Shown here: in pieces, positions 31,255 through 40,376 of the stretch | Numbering within the stretch: the first letter of the stretch is position 1 | Layout of the letters: each line of letters starts with the position of its first letter | Assembly: GCA_963833985.1 (NCBI GenBank) | Contig: CAWIAD010000002.1 | Location: 5,184,001 to 5,248,000, forward strand | DNA length: 64,000 bases | From: an uncultured Planctomycetaceae bacterium | Lineage (GTDB): Bacteria > Planctomycetota > Planctomycetia > Isosphaerales > Isosphaeraceae | Reading direction: 5' to 3' | Notes under the pieces: model-generated | Told to the model about the DNA's origin: nothing | What the model saw: the letters and a program-made list of their open reading frames with translations, nothing else | Database searches by the model: none | Translations under genes and position numbers: made by a program

Positions 31255-32292
31255 ATGTCCGAGGATCGAACTCAGCCCGCCTCGAAGCGCCGCTTGCAGA
31301 TGGCACGCGAGCAGGGCCAGGTGCCGCACAGTCCCGAGCTCACGGCCGCCGGCGGCTGGCTGGTTGCGCTGCTGGTGCTGGGTTTCTGGGGCCAGGACCT
31401 GATGGCGGGCCTGGTCGGCCTGGTGCGGCAATCGGCCGGCCCGGAGCGCGCGATCCTGTCCGATGCCGACTCGCTGGTGACGCACGTGCACGCGGCCGCA
31501 CTGGCGGTTGCGGTGCCACTGGGCCTCGTCGGGATAGGATTCGCGGCCGGAGCGCTGGCCACCCACCAGATGCAGGTCCGCGGGCTCTGGGCCGTGGGAC
31601 TGGTCGCTCCCGATTTCAGCCGACTCTGGGCCGTGGGCCGGGGCGCTGGATCGAGCGCAGGAGTCGAGCGATTTGCCTGGGCGGCGGTCAAGGCCGTGGT
31701 GCTCGTGGGTGTTTCCTGCTGGGTAATGAGCGCGGAATGGACCGCGATCCAGCGGCTTGGGTCCTTGAAGTTCCCCGCCCTGGCGATTGCGGCAGGTCGT
31801 CTACTGATCCGGCCGGTTCAGGTGCTCGGGGGAGCGATGCTGGTTCTGGGCCTGTGCGACTTCGGCCTGCGCCACTTCCGTTACGAGGCGATGCTGCGGA
31901 CGACGCCGGAAGAGCAGCGTGAGGACCTGAGGGTGATGGAGGGCGATCCTTCCCTGCGAGCCAGGCGCAGGCGCATGGCCCGGGCCTGGCGGGGCGACGC
32001 GCCGGAATTGCTTGCCGGGGCCAGCCTGGTTCTCATCGGCAAGGACGGTCTGACCGTGGTCCTGGCCGGCGGGCCCCCACCGCGGCGCGTGAGCGTCCGG
32101 CATGTGGCCCAGGGAACGACCGGCCAGGGCCTGCGCCGCTCGGCGATCTCCACCCGGCTACCGCAGGTGGATGCCGCCGAACTGGCGCGGGGCGTGGCAC
32201 GGCACGTCGCGACCCAGGGCGCTCTTGCCTCGAACTTGCCGGCGGAACTTCAAAGCGAGCTGGCCAAGGTCTGGCCGGCCCGGGAATCTTGA
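31255..32292 (+). CDS. flhB: FlhB/EscU-family export switch protein, divergent (no NPTH)
   Basis: MSEDRTQPASKRRLQMAREQGQVPHSPEL N-terminus; 4 TMs; LRTTPEEQREDLRVMEGDP linker; C-domain ELARG..LPAEL. Confidence 0.88.
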   Translation: MSEDRTQPASKRRLQMAREQGQVPHSPELTAAGGWLVALLVLGFWGQDLMAGLVGLVRQSAGPERAILSDADSLVTHVHAAALAVAVPLGLVGIGFAAGALATHQMQVRGLWAVGLVAPDFSRLWAVGRGAGSSAGVERFAWAAVKAVVLVGVSCWVMSAEWTAIQRLGSLKFPALAIAAGRLLIRPVQVLGGAMLVLGLCDFGLRHFRYEAMLRTTPEEQREDLRVMEGDPSLRARRRRMARAWRGDAPELLAGASLVLIGKDGLTVVLAGGPPPRRVSVRHVAQGTTGQGLRRSAISTRLPQVDAAELARGVARHVATQGALASNLPAELQSELAKVWPARES

Positions 32293-32678
32293 CCTCCGCA
32301 GTTAAAGAAAGCATTGAGCGCGAGACGCGAGATCCGCGACCAAAAGACAAATAGAGCGAGTACCGGGGCGATTGCGGGGGCCATATCGGCTCAATTAAAC
32401 TGCCCACGAACGCCGCATTCGCTCTGGACAGTGGCGGACCTCGGCGGTAGATTTCCCGCACACATCAGCCGAGAGCCAGCTCTGGCTTCCCTTGATCAAT
32501 ATTCACCAACCCGGCGCGGGCCGGTGTTTCGCTGGACGGTCTTCGCGAAGAGTCTCGGGAGCGCGGTTCCAGGCGACGGCGAGGTCGCCGGCGGTTCCGG
32601 CCTGTCGACCGGGTGCTACGGCCTTGCGAAACCGACCGGCCGCCGTACGTGGATTTCAAAGGCCTGTGGAGGACGCGG

Positions 32679-34925
32679 ATGCCTGGCACGACGTCGAGTT
32701 CACCGGCCTCGGGATGGAGCCAGGCCCTGGGATTGGCCCTGCCGGTCGTGATCATCGGCGCGATCCTCGTGTTCGTGATTCCCATCCCGCCCGTGCTGCT
32801 CGACGTCCTGCTCTCGGCCAACCTGACGCTGGCGGTGGTGGTGCTGCTCACCACCCTGGCGATCCGCACGCCGCAGGAATTCAGCGCCTTCCCGACGATT
32901 CTCCTGACCACGACCCTGACACGGCTGGTGCTCAACGTGGCGACGACGCGTCTGGTGCTCACTCATGGTGGGGATGACGGGCTAGACGCTGCCGGCGGCG
33001 TGATCCGCTCGTTCGGTGAATTCGTGGCGGGCGACCAGGTGCTCGTGGGCGTGATCCTGTTCTCGATCCTCGTGGTGATCCAGTTCGTGGTGATCACGCG
33101 CGGGGCGACCCGGATCAGCGAGGTGGCGGCGCGGTTCATGCTCGACGGTCTGCCCGGCCGGCAGATGGCCATCGACGCCGACCTGCATGCCGGACTCATC
33201 GACCAGCATGAGGCGCACAAGCGGCGCGACGAGGTTTATCGCCAGGCCGACTTCTTCGGCGCCATGGACGGTGCCGGCAAGTTCGTCCGCGGCGATGCCA
33301 TCGCCGGTGTCGTGATCCTGATGGTGAACATCTCGGGCGGATTGTTCCTGGGGATCGTGAACCACCAGATGAGCCTGGGCGAGGCGGTCAATGTCTTCAC
33401 CAAGCTGACCATTGGGGACGGCCTGGTGAGCCAGGTGCCAGCCTTCCTGATCTCACTGGCGGCGGGCCTGATCGTGACCCGCTCGTCGTCGTCGACCGAC
33501 CTGGGCCATGACGTGGTCAGCCAGCTCTTCAGCAGGCGGGGCGTGATGGGAACGGCCGCGGCCTTCCTCGGTTTGCTCCTGTTCACGCCGCTTCCCAAGC
33601 TGCCGCTCATGGTGCTTGCGGGGGGGCTGGCGACCGCGGCACTCTGGCTGCGGACGAATCCGGACGAGACCGCGACACAGGAACCGCACACACACCCTGC
33701 CCCGGCGCGGCAGCGCGAGCGGCGAACGGGTGACGGAGGCGGAAACGCAGCGCGAAGGGAGAATGCCGGAGCGACGCGGGTGGCTGAGCGTGCCACGTTG
33801 GTCCCCAAGGAAAGCTCCAGCATCGCCGGTCCTAACTCCGAGGGCATGGACGATCTCTTGCACGTCGATCCGCTGGAGCTGGAGATCGGGTTCCGGCTCA
33901 TCGGCCTGGCCGATCCGACGCGTGGAGGAGACCTGCTGGAGCGGCTGCGCACGGTCCGGCAACAGGTGGCTCGCGAGCTCGGTCTGATCGTCCCGCAGGT
34001 GCGGATTCATGATCAGATCAGCCTTGCGCCCAACGATTACCGGGTCAAGATCCGGGGGACGGTCGTCGGTCAGGGAACGGCCTACACCGGCCGGCTACTC
34101 GCGATTCCGCCGGCGGGGATGGTGTCACGGCCCGACGGCCGCGACGGGGTCGACCCGGTCACCGGCCTGCCGGCGGTCTGGATTCACGCGGACGGCCGCG
34201 AAGTCGCCGAGCTGGCGGGCTGCCAGATCCTTGAGGCGTCGGCCGTGGTGGCCGGACATTTCGGTGAGATCGTCCGCAACCACGCCGACGAACTCTTGAC
34301 GCGTGAGCAGATCGAGCGGCTGCTCGACCGCGTGAAAACCTCGGCGCCCACCCTGGCCGCCGAGGTGGTGCCGGCCCTGCTCCGCCCCGGAGAGCTACAG
34401 CGCGTGCTCCAGAACCTGCTCCGCGAGCGCGTGAGCATCCGCGACCTGGAAACCATTCTCGAAGCCCTGGCGGTCCATGCCGGCCGGACCAAGGACATCG
34501 ACGTGCTCACCGAGCACGCGCGTCAGAGCGTGGCCCGGCAGATCACCGAGAGCTACCGTGGCGGTGACGGCCGGCTGCGTGTGGTGACGTTGTCGCGGGC
34601 GCTTGACGCCCGGCTCACGGCAGCGGGCAGCCAGACCGACGTCCGACCGACCGAGGCACTGGGCGATGAGACTGCCCGGAGCATCGTCCGCGCCGTGGCG
34701 TACGCGGTGGGCAACCTGATCGAGGCCGGCCTGGCGCCCTTGATCCTGACATCGACGCCCGCCCGGGCCGTGCTCAAGGACCTGACGCGGGCCGACCTGC
34801 CCCGGCTGGTCGTGCTCAGCCAGCGGGAGATCCCGCGCGACACGCCGGTCGAGGTGCTGGGAACCGTGCTCGAGGAAGAGCCGGAAAGCGTGACCACCTT
34901 CTCCACCACCGAGGCCATGGCCTGA
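32679..34925 (+). CDS. flhA: Export apparatus protein FlhA
   Basis: FSAFPTILL..RLVLNVATTR, RISEVAARFMLDGLPGRQMAIDADL, DFFGAMDGAGKFVRGDA, TIGDGLVSQVP, LLRERVSIRDL. Confidence 0.97.
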   Translation: MPGTTSSSPASGWSQALGLALPVVIIGAILVFVIPIPPVLLDVLLSANLTLAVVVLLTTLAIRTPQEFSAFPTILLTTTLTRLVLNVATTRLVLTHGGDDGLDAAGGVIRSFGEFVAGDQVLVGVILFSILVVIQFVVITRGATRISEVAARFMLDGLPGRQMAIDADLHAGLIDQHEAHKRRDEVYRQADFFGAMDGAGKFVRGDAIAGVVILMVNISGGLFLGIVNHQMSLGEAVNVFTKLTIGDGLVSQVPAFLISLAAGLIVTRSSSSTDLGHDVVSQLFSRRGVMGTAAAFLGLLLFTPLPKLPLMVLAGGLATAALWLRTNPDETATQEPHTHPAPARQRERRTGDGGGNAARRENAGATRVAERATLVPKESSSIAGPNSEGMDDLLHVDPLELEIGFRLIGLADPTRGGDLLERLRTVRQQVARELGLIVPQVRIHDQISLAPNDYRVKIRGTVVGQGTAYTGRLLAIPPAGMVSRPDGRDGVDPVTGLPAVWIHADGREVAELAGCQILEASAVVAGHFGEIVRNHADELLTREQIERLLDRVKTSAPTLAAEVVPALLRPGELQRVLQNLLRERVSIRDLETILEALAVHAGRTKDIDVLTEHARQSVARQITESYRGGDGRLRVVTLSRALDARLTAAGSQTDVRPTEALGDETARSIVRAVAYAVGNLIEAGLAPLILTSTPARAVLKDLTRADLPRLVVLSQREIPRDTPVEVLGTVLEEEPESVTTFSTTEAMA

Positions 34926-34949
34926 GCCATGAAACCAGAGAGTCCGAGC

Positions 34950-36094
34950 ATGGGAGCAAGAACCTACAGGGCCAGAACCATGAAAGAGGCGCTGGCGCGG
35001 GTGCGCCGGGACCTCGGCGGCGACGCCGTCATCCTGGCCTCGCGTGAGGTGCGCAGGCGGAGACTCTTCGGGCTCGGCGCAGGAGCTGATCGAGGTGACT
35101 GCCTCTTCCACCATGCCCGCGGACCTGCCGTCCCTGCTGGGTCCGGAAGTCGCCGGACCGGCGCGACTCGCTCGGTTCCACGCTCTCGGCCGGTGCCCAG
35201 GCGCGGTTTGGAACACAGCTCAGCCAGCTTCATGCCATGGTGGAATCGCTGAGCCGGCAAGGCAGAATTGACCATCTGCTGCCGGACCTTCCCGGCGACC
35301 TGGTTCCGACGTACGCCCGGCTGGTCGAGGCGGATGTCCCGGAAGCGCTGGCCCGCCGGCTGGTCCGGTACGTGGCCGAGGGACTGGAGGATAGCCCGCA
35401 AGGCAACCGGCCGTCCATCGACCGGGCGCTCTGCGAGGCGGTCGAGCAATGCATCGCGATCGCGCCGCCGATCCGCGCGGTCGTGGGAACCCGGCGGATG
35501 GTGGCCCTGGTGGGGCCGACCGGGGTGGGCAAGACGACCACGGTGGCCAAGCTGGCGGCCAACTTCAAGCTCGTCCATGGTTTGCGGGTGGGCCTGGTCA
35601 CCGTGGATACGTACCGGATCGCCGCGGTGGAGCAACTGAAGACCTACGCCGAGATCATCGACCTGCCGCTGGCCGTGGCCAACGATCCAGGCCAGATGCA
35701 GCAGGCGGTGGATGAGCTGGGCGCGGTGGACATGGTCTTCATCGACACCACGGGGAGGAGCCCCCGCGACGAGATCAAGATCCGCGAACTGGCCGACTTC
35801 ATGGCACAGGCGCGGCCGGACGAGGTCCACCTGGTGCTCAGCGCGGGGGCTGCGGAGCGCACGCTCCGCTCGGCCATCGAGCGCTTCGCCGCCGTCAGGG
35901 CCGACCGCCTGATCTTGACCAAGCTTGACGAGGCTGAAGGCCTGGGAGCGATCCTGGGCGTACTGGGCCAGATGGATCGTCCGGTCAGCTACCTGACCAC
36001 GGGCCAGGCCGTGCCGGAAGACATCGAGCCGGCGGACCGCAAGCGGCTGGCTCGACTGATCCTCGGAATGGAGGCGATCGGTTGCGAACCCTGA
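34950..36094 (+). CDS. flhF: SRP-family GTPase FlhF (two apparent frameshifts near 35080 and 35160-35200)
   Basis: MGARTYRARTMKEALARVRRDLGGDAVILASR B-domain; GPTGVGKTTT, DTYRIAA, DTTGRS, TKLDE, TTGQAVPED. Confidence 0.93.
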
Positions 36095-36148
36095 TTTGTA
36101 CGAGGGGCCCGAAGCGCGGCCGGACAGGCCGGGAGGGGAGGTGGCACG

Positions 36149-36388
36149 ATGTCCGACCAGGCGGACAGTCTGCGGCAGCTCGTCCGGGCCCAGCGCCAGT
36201 GGCGTGAGCTCGCCCTGCAAGAGCAGTCCGCGGCACTCGCGTCCGGACCGTTCGCGAAGTCCGCAATGCCGCAACTGCGGACCGCCGGGCATGACCGGCC
36301 GTCCGGTCCCGGCCACGCGGTCGGCCAGTTCGTGGGGCGGGCGGTGCGCTGGGCCGTGGGCCGCCGGGGCGTTCGGAAATGTTCTTGA
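36149..36388 (+). CDS. Mini-FlhG-like peptide (DQAxxLR activator helix plus amphipathic C-terminal helix, no ATPase domain)
   Basis: GGAGG RBS; MSDQADSLRQLV; occupies the canonical flhG position between flhF and fliA; C-terminal VGQFVGRAVRWAVGRR. Confidence 0.7.
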   Translation: MSDQADSLRQLVRAQRQWRELALQEQSAALASGPFAKSAMPQLRTAGHDRPSGPGHAVGQFVGRAVRWAVGRRGVRKCS

Positions 36389-36476
36389 TGGTTCGTGGCG
36401 TGAAACGGACCGTCACACAGGAGAAAGGAGAATCGGCATGGAAGTCTCGATTTTCGGGTTGGCGTGAGAGTGCTGC

Positions 36477-36505
36477 TCAAGCCGGTTGGTCGGGTTGTCC
36501 GATAT
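36477..36505 (+). promoter_or_regulatory. Possible sigma28-type promoter upstream of fliA
   Basis: TCAA-N17-TCCGATAT compared with the TAAA-N15/16-GCCGATAW consensus; spacer slightly long. Confidence 0.3.
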
Positions 36506-36697
36506 TCAATCAGGATCAAGTTCCTTGAACGGCGGGAGGTCAGAGGGCGGGCAAGCCACGGGCCGGGGCACCGGCGTCGCGGCCACCCAGAAATGGCGAC
36601 GCAGCACTGAGTGTTTCGCAACCACGTCGTGATCGTCGCTGGCCTGCCCTTGACACATGGATGTGGGTCCTTCCGCTCAGGCGACACGGAGGTCAGG

Positions 36698-37474
36698 ATG
36701 TCAACCAAGGTGGATGTGGATGTAGCCGAACTCTGGCGTGAGTTCAAGGAACACCCCACCACGGAATTACGGAACCAACTGGTCGAGCGCTACTTGCCTC
36801 TGGTCAAGTACAACGCCGAACGGATCTGGCAGCGGCTGCCCGAGGGGGTCGATCTGGACGATCTGATCTCCGCAGGGGTGTTTGGGTTGATGGACGCCAT
36901 CGATGCGTTCGACCTCGGCCGCGGCGTCAAGTTCGAGACCTATTGTGTTCCGCGGATTCGCGGCGCCATGCTCGATGAGCTGCGCACTATGGACTGGGTT
37001 CCGCGCCTGGTCCGCTCCAAGGCCACCAAGATGGAGGAGGCGCGCAAGGAGCTGGAAGCGCGCCATGGCCGCCCGCCCACCGATGCCGAGCTCGCCGCGC
37101 AGCTCGGTCTGCCCATGGAAGAATATGAGAAGATGGCGCTCGACTCCAACGCGGTCGGGCTGATCAGCCTGAACAAGAAGTGGTACGAGACCGACAGCTA
37201 CAAGGATGTCCGCGAAATCGACATCCTCGAGGATAAGAAAGGGGAAGACCCCACCCGCCGGCTCCAGCGCAAAGACCTGATGCGCATGGTCACCAAGGGG
37301 TTGAACCGCAATGAGCGGCTCATCATTATTCTTTACTATTATGAAGAGTTGACGATGAAGGAGATCGGCGCCACGCTGGACCTCAGCGAGTCGCGGGTTT
37401 CCCAGATGCACTCCTCGATCATTCAGCGGCTGCAATCTCAGCTCTCGACCCGGCGGCCCGAGTTCGGCACCTGA
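36698..37474 (+). CDS. fliA: FliA/WhiG-family RNA polymerase sigma factor
   Basis: RNQLVERYLPLVK, DDLISAGVFGLMDAIDAFD..RGVKFETY..RIRGAMLDELR..DWVPR, LYYYEELTMKEIG..LDLSESRVSQMH. Confidence 0.96.
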   Translation: MSTKVDVDVAELWREFKEHPTTELRNQLVERYLPLVKYNAERIWQRLPEGVDLDDLISAGVFGLMDAIDAFDLGRGVKFETYCVPRIRGAMLDELRTMDWVPRLVRSKATKMEEARKELEARHGRPPTDAELAAQLGLPMEEYEKMALDSNAVGLISLNKKWYETDSYKDVREIDILEDKKGEDPTRRLQRKDLMRMVTKGLNRNERLIIILYYYEELTMKEIGATLDLSESRVSQMHSSIIQRLQSQLSTRRPEFGT

Positions 37475-37761
37475 AACGGGTGGCCTGGCAGCAGATCCGT
37501 CGTGGCCGACCTGGCTGCGGCGGACTTGTGCCGCGGCTTCAAGGGGCGCTGCGAACGCCAGAGCGCGGCGACGAGGATCAGCAAGACGGCGATCCCCACG
37601 ATCCAGAGGACGGCCTTCACGCCTGACGAGAGGGGGACGGCGGGTGTCTCGCGGAGATAGACGGGGAACGGCTTGACGGCCGGACGATCGGCCGCGGCCG
37701 CGTTCGGATCGACGAACAACTCCTGCTCTCGCTTCTTGATCGAGAGCTCCTGCTCGGGCAT
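37438..37761 (-). CDS. Small single-TM hypothetical protein
   Basis: MPEQELSIKKREQELF..KPFPVYLRETPA..LWIVGIAVLLILVAALW; convergent with and overlapping the fliA 3' end. Confidence 0.65.
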   Translation of the reverse strand: MPEQELSIKKREQELFVDPNAAAADRPAVKPFPVYLRETPAVPLSSGVKAVLWIVGIAVLLILVAALWRSQRPLKPRHKSAAARSATTDLLPGHPFQVPNSGRRVES

Positions 37762-37844
37762 GTTCCGCGCTTCCGAACTCATGCGACCGGTCCCGGGTCA
37801 TGACGTCCGCAGCCCCAACGTGAGGCAGTTCCCTCTCTTCAAGA

Positions 37845-38690
37845 CTAGGGCGAACCCGGCCTGCTGGCAATGGCTCCCCTTCTGGGCTGCTGCCGGCCCC
37901 GGCGGGCCATGAAGAACCAGTCCCAGCTGGGGGGAAAGTTGCACAGCTCCACGCTTCCCGGCTGCGTTTCCTCCCAGGGATAGAGAACCTTGCTCAGCCG
38001 GACGTCGCGAAAGCCGGCCCTGCCCAGGCGATGTTCCACCTCGAAGGGAAGCCAGAACTTCTGCCGCAATCCCTCGAACTTGAAGGTTCCGAACGCGAAG
38101 TCGTAATACCGATGCTCGGCGTGGTGCCGCGTGAACCGCATGGCTTCCGGCGGCTCCAGGCCTTGTTCGAGCGTCTGATCCAGCACCAGCATCGTCTGGT
38201 ACTGGATGGCGTCGATGGATGGCACGATCCCGAGCAAGACCCCGCCCGGCCGCAAGCTGGCGTGAATCGATTGCAGCGTCCGCTCGATCAGGCGGACGTC
38301 GGGCATGACGAGTGAATTCACGGTGATGGCCACGTCCACCTGGCCAGCCAGGTCGTCCAGGTCGTGCATGGCGCGGTTCAGAAACTCGACCCGGCCCGCT
38401 TGCTCCGGACCAAGACGCTGTTGCGCGGAGGCCAGCATCGCGGGAGCGAAATCGAGCGCCAGGACGCGCCCGAAGCGCCCCAGCAGGTAGGGCAGTAGCG
38501 GACCCGTTCCGCAACCCAGGTCGGCCACGGTCTTGCGGCCGGGACTGGCGACCGATTCGAGTGCGGCCCAGATCGGGTTCTGCACGCCAGGGGCAAACGG
38601 GTCGACGAACGTCGCGGCATAGCTGGCGGCGTGCCGGCTCCACTGCCGCCCCTGATTCCCGAGTAACTCCATGGGATCATTCACAGTCAT
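37845..38690 (-). CDS. Class I SAM-dependent methyltransferase
   Basis: VADLGCGTG, LDFAPAML, LRPGGVL; exact start uncertain (38672-38696). Confidence 0.85.
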   Translation of the reverse strand: MTVNDPMELLGNQGRQWSRHAASYAATFVDPFAPGVQNPIWAALESVASPGRKTVADLGCGTGPLLPYLLGRFGRVLALDFAPAMLASAQQRLGPEQAGRVEFLNRAMHDLDDLAGQVDVAITVNSLVMPDVRLIERTLQSIHASLRPGGVLLGIVPSIDAIQYQTMLVLDQTLEQGLEPPEAMRFTRHHAEHRYYDFAFGTFKFEGLRQKFWLPFEVEHRLGRAGFRDVRLSKVLYPWEETQPGSVELCNFPPSWDWFFMARRGRQQPRRGAIASRPGSP

Positions 38691-38865
38691 GACCATCTTC
38701 AGCGCCGAGATCGTGGCTCGAGAGTCCCCGCGGGCCGATGTAACGTTCGCCCGAGCCAGAGTATGGGTGCTGCTGTGAATAGCATGGAACACCCTGACGG
38801 GCAGGTCAAACCCGGAGCCCGCCGCAAGACAGACGCGAGAGGATCCAGGGTCGGTCCTGGGCTGG

Positions 38866-39423
38866 TCACAGGCCCTGGGGTCCGGGGGTGGCTGCCCGGG
38901 GCGCCTCGGGTATCAGGCGGATCACGTCGATCGCCAGCCCCTGCGAGGTACCCAGCACGTCGCGACGGTACGATCGCGGGTAGCCCAGTTTCGGGTCCGG
39001 AGTGAAGCGCATCACCACCTTCGACCCCTTGGGTTGGCCAAACGGCTGTTCCGCCTTTTTCTGCTCCATTTCGTCGGCGATGGTCGTGAACAGGCCTTCG
39101 ACACCGTAGAACCGGGTCTCAGCCGGGTGCACGTCGAACCTCTGGCCGTCGGGCGCCACCGACTGCACGTCCCGCACCTGGCCGCGCCGCACGGTCACAT
39201 AGTAGTGGGCGTTTGTCTTTCCCGAGGCCGTCCATTCCAGGTCGTAATCGTGAATCCCCGCATCAGTCCAGAGCTTGCGCGCCGCCGCGAGTGTCTCAGG
39301 TGTCACGGTCTCGCCGCTGGAGCAGCGGGCGAACAGACAGACAGCGGTCAGGCCGGCCATGGCCAGCAAGGTCATGCCGATCGCCGGCCGCCGGATTCGT
39401 CGTCTCTCACGGGGTTCGCTCAT
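38866..39423 (-). CDS. DUF6174-like exported protein
   Basis: N-terminal TM/signal; ARKLW..AGIHDY, VTVRRGQV, VEGLF, DPKLGYP pattern. Confidence 0.6.
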   Translation of the reverse strand: MSEPRERRRIRRPAIGMTLLAMAGLTAVCLFARCSSGETVTPETLAAARKLWTDAGIHDYDLEWTASGKTNAHYYVTVRRGQVRDVQSVAPDGQRFDVHPAETRFYGVEGLFTTIADEMEQKKAEQPFGQPKGSKVVMRFTPDPKLGYPRSYRRDVLGTSQGLAIDVIRLIPEAPRAATPGPQGL

Positions 39424-39496
39424 CGCTCCGCTCCTCTCCTCTGGCTCGAAGGTCGTTCGCCCGCCCGGCCGGCCCCTGTCTGCAACATGCCAGGAA

Positions 39497-40216
39497 TCAG
39501 CACCCGGCGGCCAGCCTTGCGGCGCCGCCCAGGGGTTCGCCGGTCGCTGCAATCACAAGATTGTCAGGACTGGATGCGCCCTCGAGAAGCCTGGGCAGCG
39601 CCGTCAGATCAAAATGATTGGCGGTGCCGTACGCCCAGGTGGCAACCGAAGCCTTGCACCTCAACCACGCAGGGAGACGCTGCCACGCCGCCTGGGCCAG
39701 GTCGTCGATCGGCGTGGGCGAGACGACAATCACCCGCCGCCCCTGACGCATCGCCGCGACGATCGCCGCGACGCGGGGGTCTTCGGCGGGCGGCCGCGGG
39801 CGATTCCGAGACGAAAGGACGATCAGTCTGGCTGGCAACGGCCGATCCTGATCGTCCGGGCTCCAGTCGCGCCTCAGCGCTTTCGCGAACTCGAACGGCC
39901 ATCCGCCACCGAGCCAGTACGACCAGGGGTTGACGAAGACGGCATGGAACGCCAGCGCCCCGGGCCGCCCCTGGTCGTCGTCGCCCTGCGGCGCCACGTC
40001 CACGATCATCCAGGGCCCCTTGCTGATCCGTAATGCGAATGTGCAGGGTTGATCCAGGACGCCGGGCGGGCGCTCGCCAAATTTCTGCCCGGCCGCTTTC
40101 AGGGCATCGAGCCAGTCCGCGCGACAGCCGGCGGAAGACGAGAGCAAGGCATAGCCACGGCTCCAGAACGCAAAGCTGCCGTACACCGCTTGCTCGCAAC
40201 GGACCGTCCTCGTCAT
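39497..40216 (-). CDS. Hypothetical protein, GAP1-N2-like N-terminal domain
   Basis: EQAVYGS....GYALLSSSAG..., GDDDQGRPGALAFH, AWQRLPAWLR..SVAT; recalled resemblance to GTPase-associated protein 1 N2/M domains. Confidence 0.5.
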   Translation of the reverse strand: MTRTVRCEQAVYGSFAFWSRGYALLSSSAGCRADWLDALKAAGQKFGERPPGVLDQPCTFALRISKGPWMIVDVAPQGDDDQGRPGALAFHAVFVNPWSYWLGGGWPFEFAKALRRDWSPDDQDRPLPARLIVLSSRNRPRPPAEDPRVAAIVAAMRQGRRVIVVSPTPIDDLAQAAWQRLPAWLRCKASVATWAYGTANHFDLTALPRLLEGASSPDNLVIAATGEPLGGAARLAAGC

Positions 40217-40277
40217 CTTGCCTCGGAGATCAAGTTAAGGGTGATGCCAAGCGTGGATGAAGGATTTTCAGGAATTC

Positions 40278-40307
40278 TTGAAGTCGCAGACTGAAGCATG
40301 GTATAAC
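40278..40307 (+). promoter_or_regulatory. Sigma70-like promoter for the sirtuin gene
   Basis: TTGAAG-N18-TATAAC with extended -10 TG, 70 bp upstream of the ATG. Confidence 0.45.
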
Positions 40308-40376
40308 AATTTCGCTCTTTGGTAATTGCTCAATCGGGCCTGACTGATCGTCAAGTCCGTCACTGCGAGTCTCACC

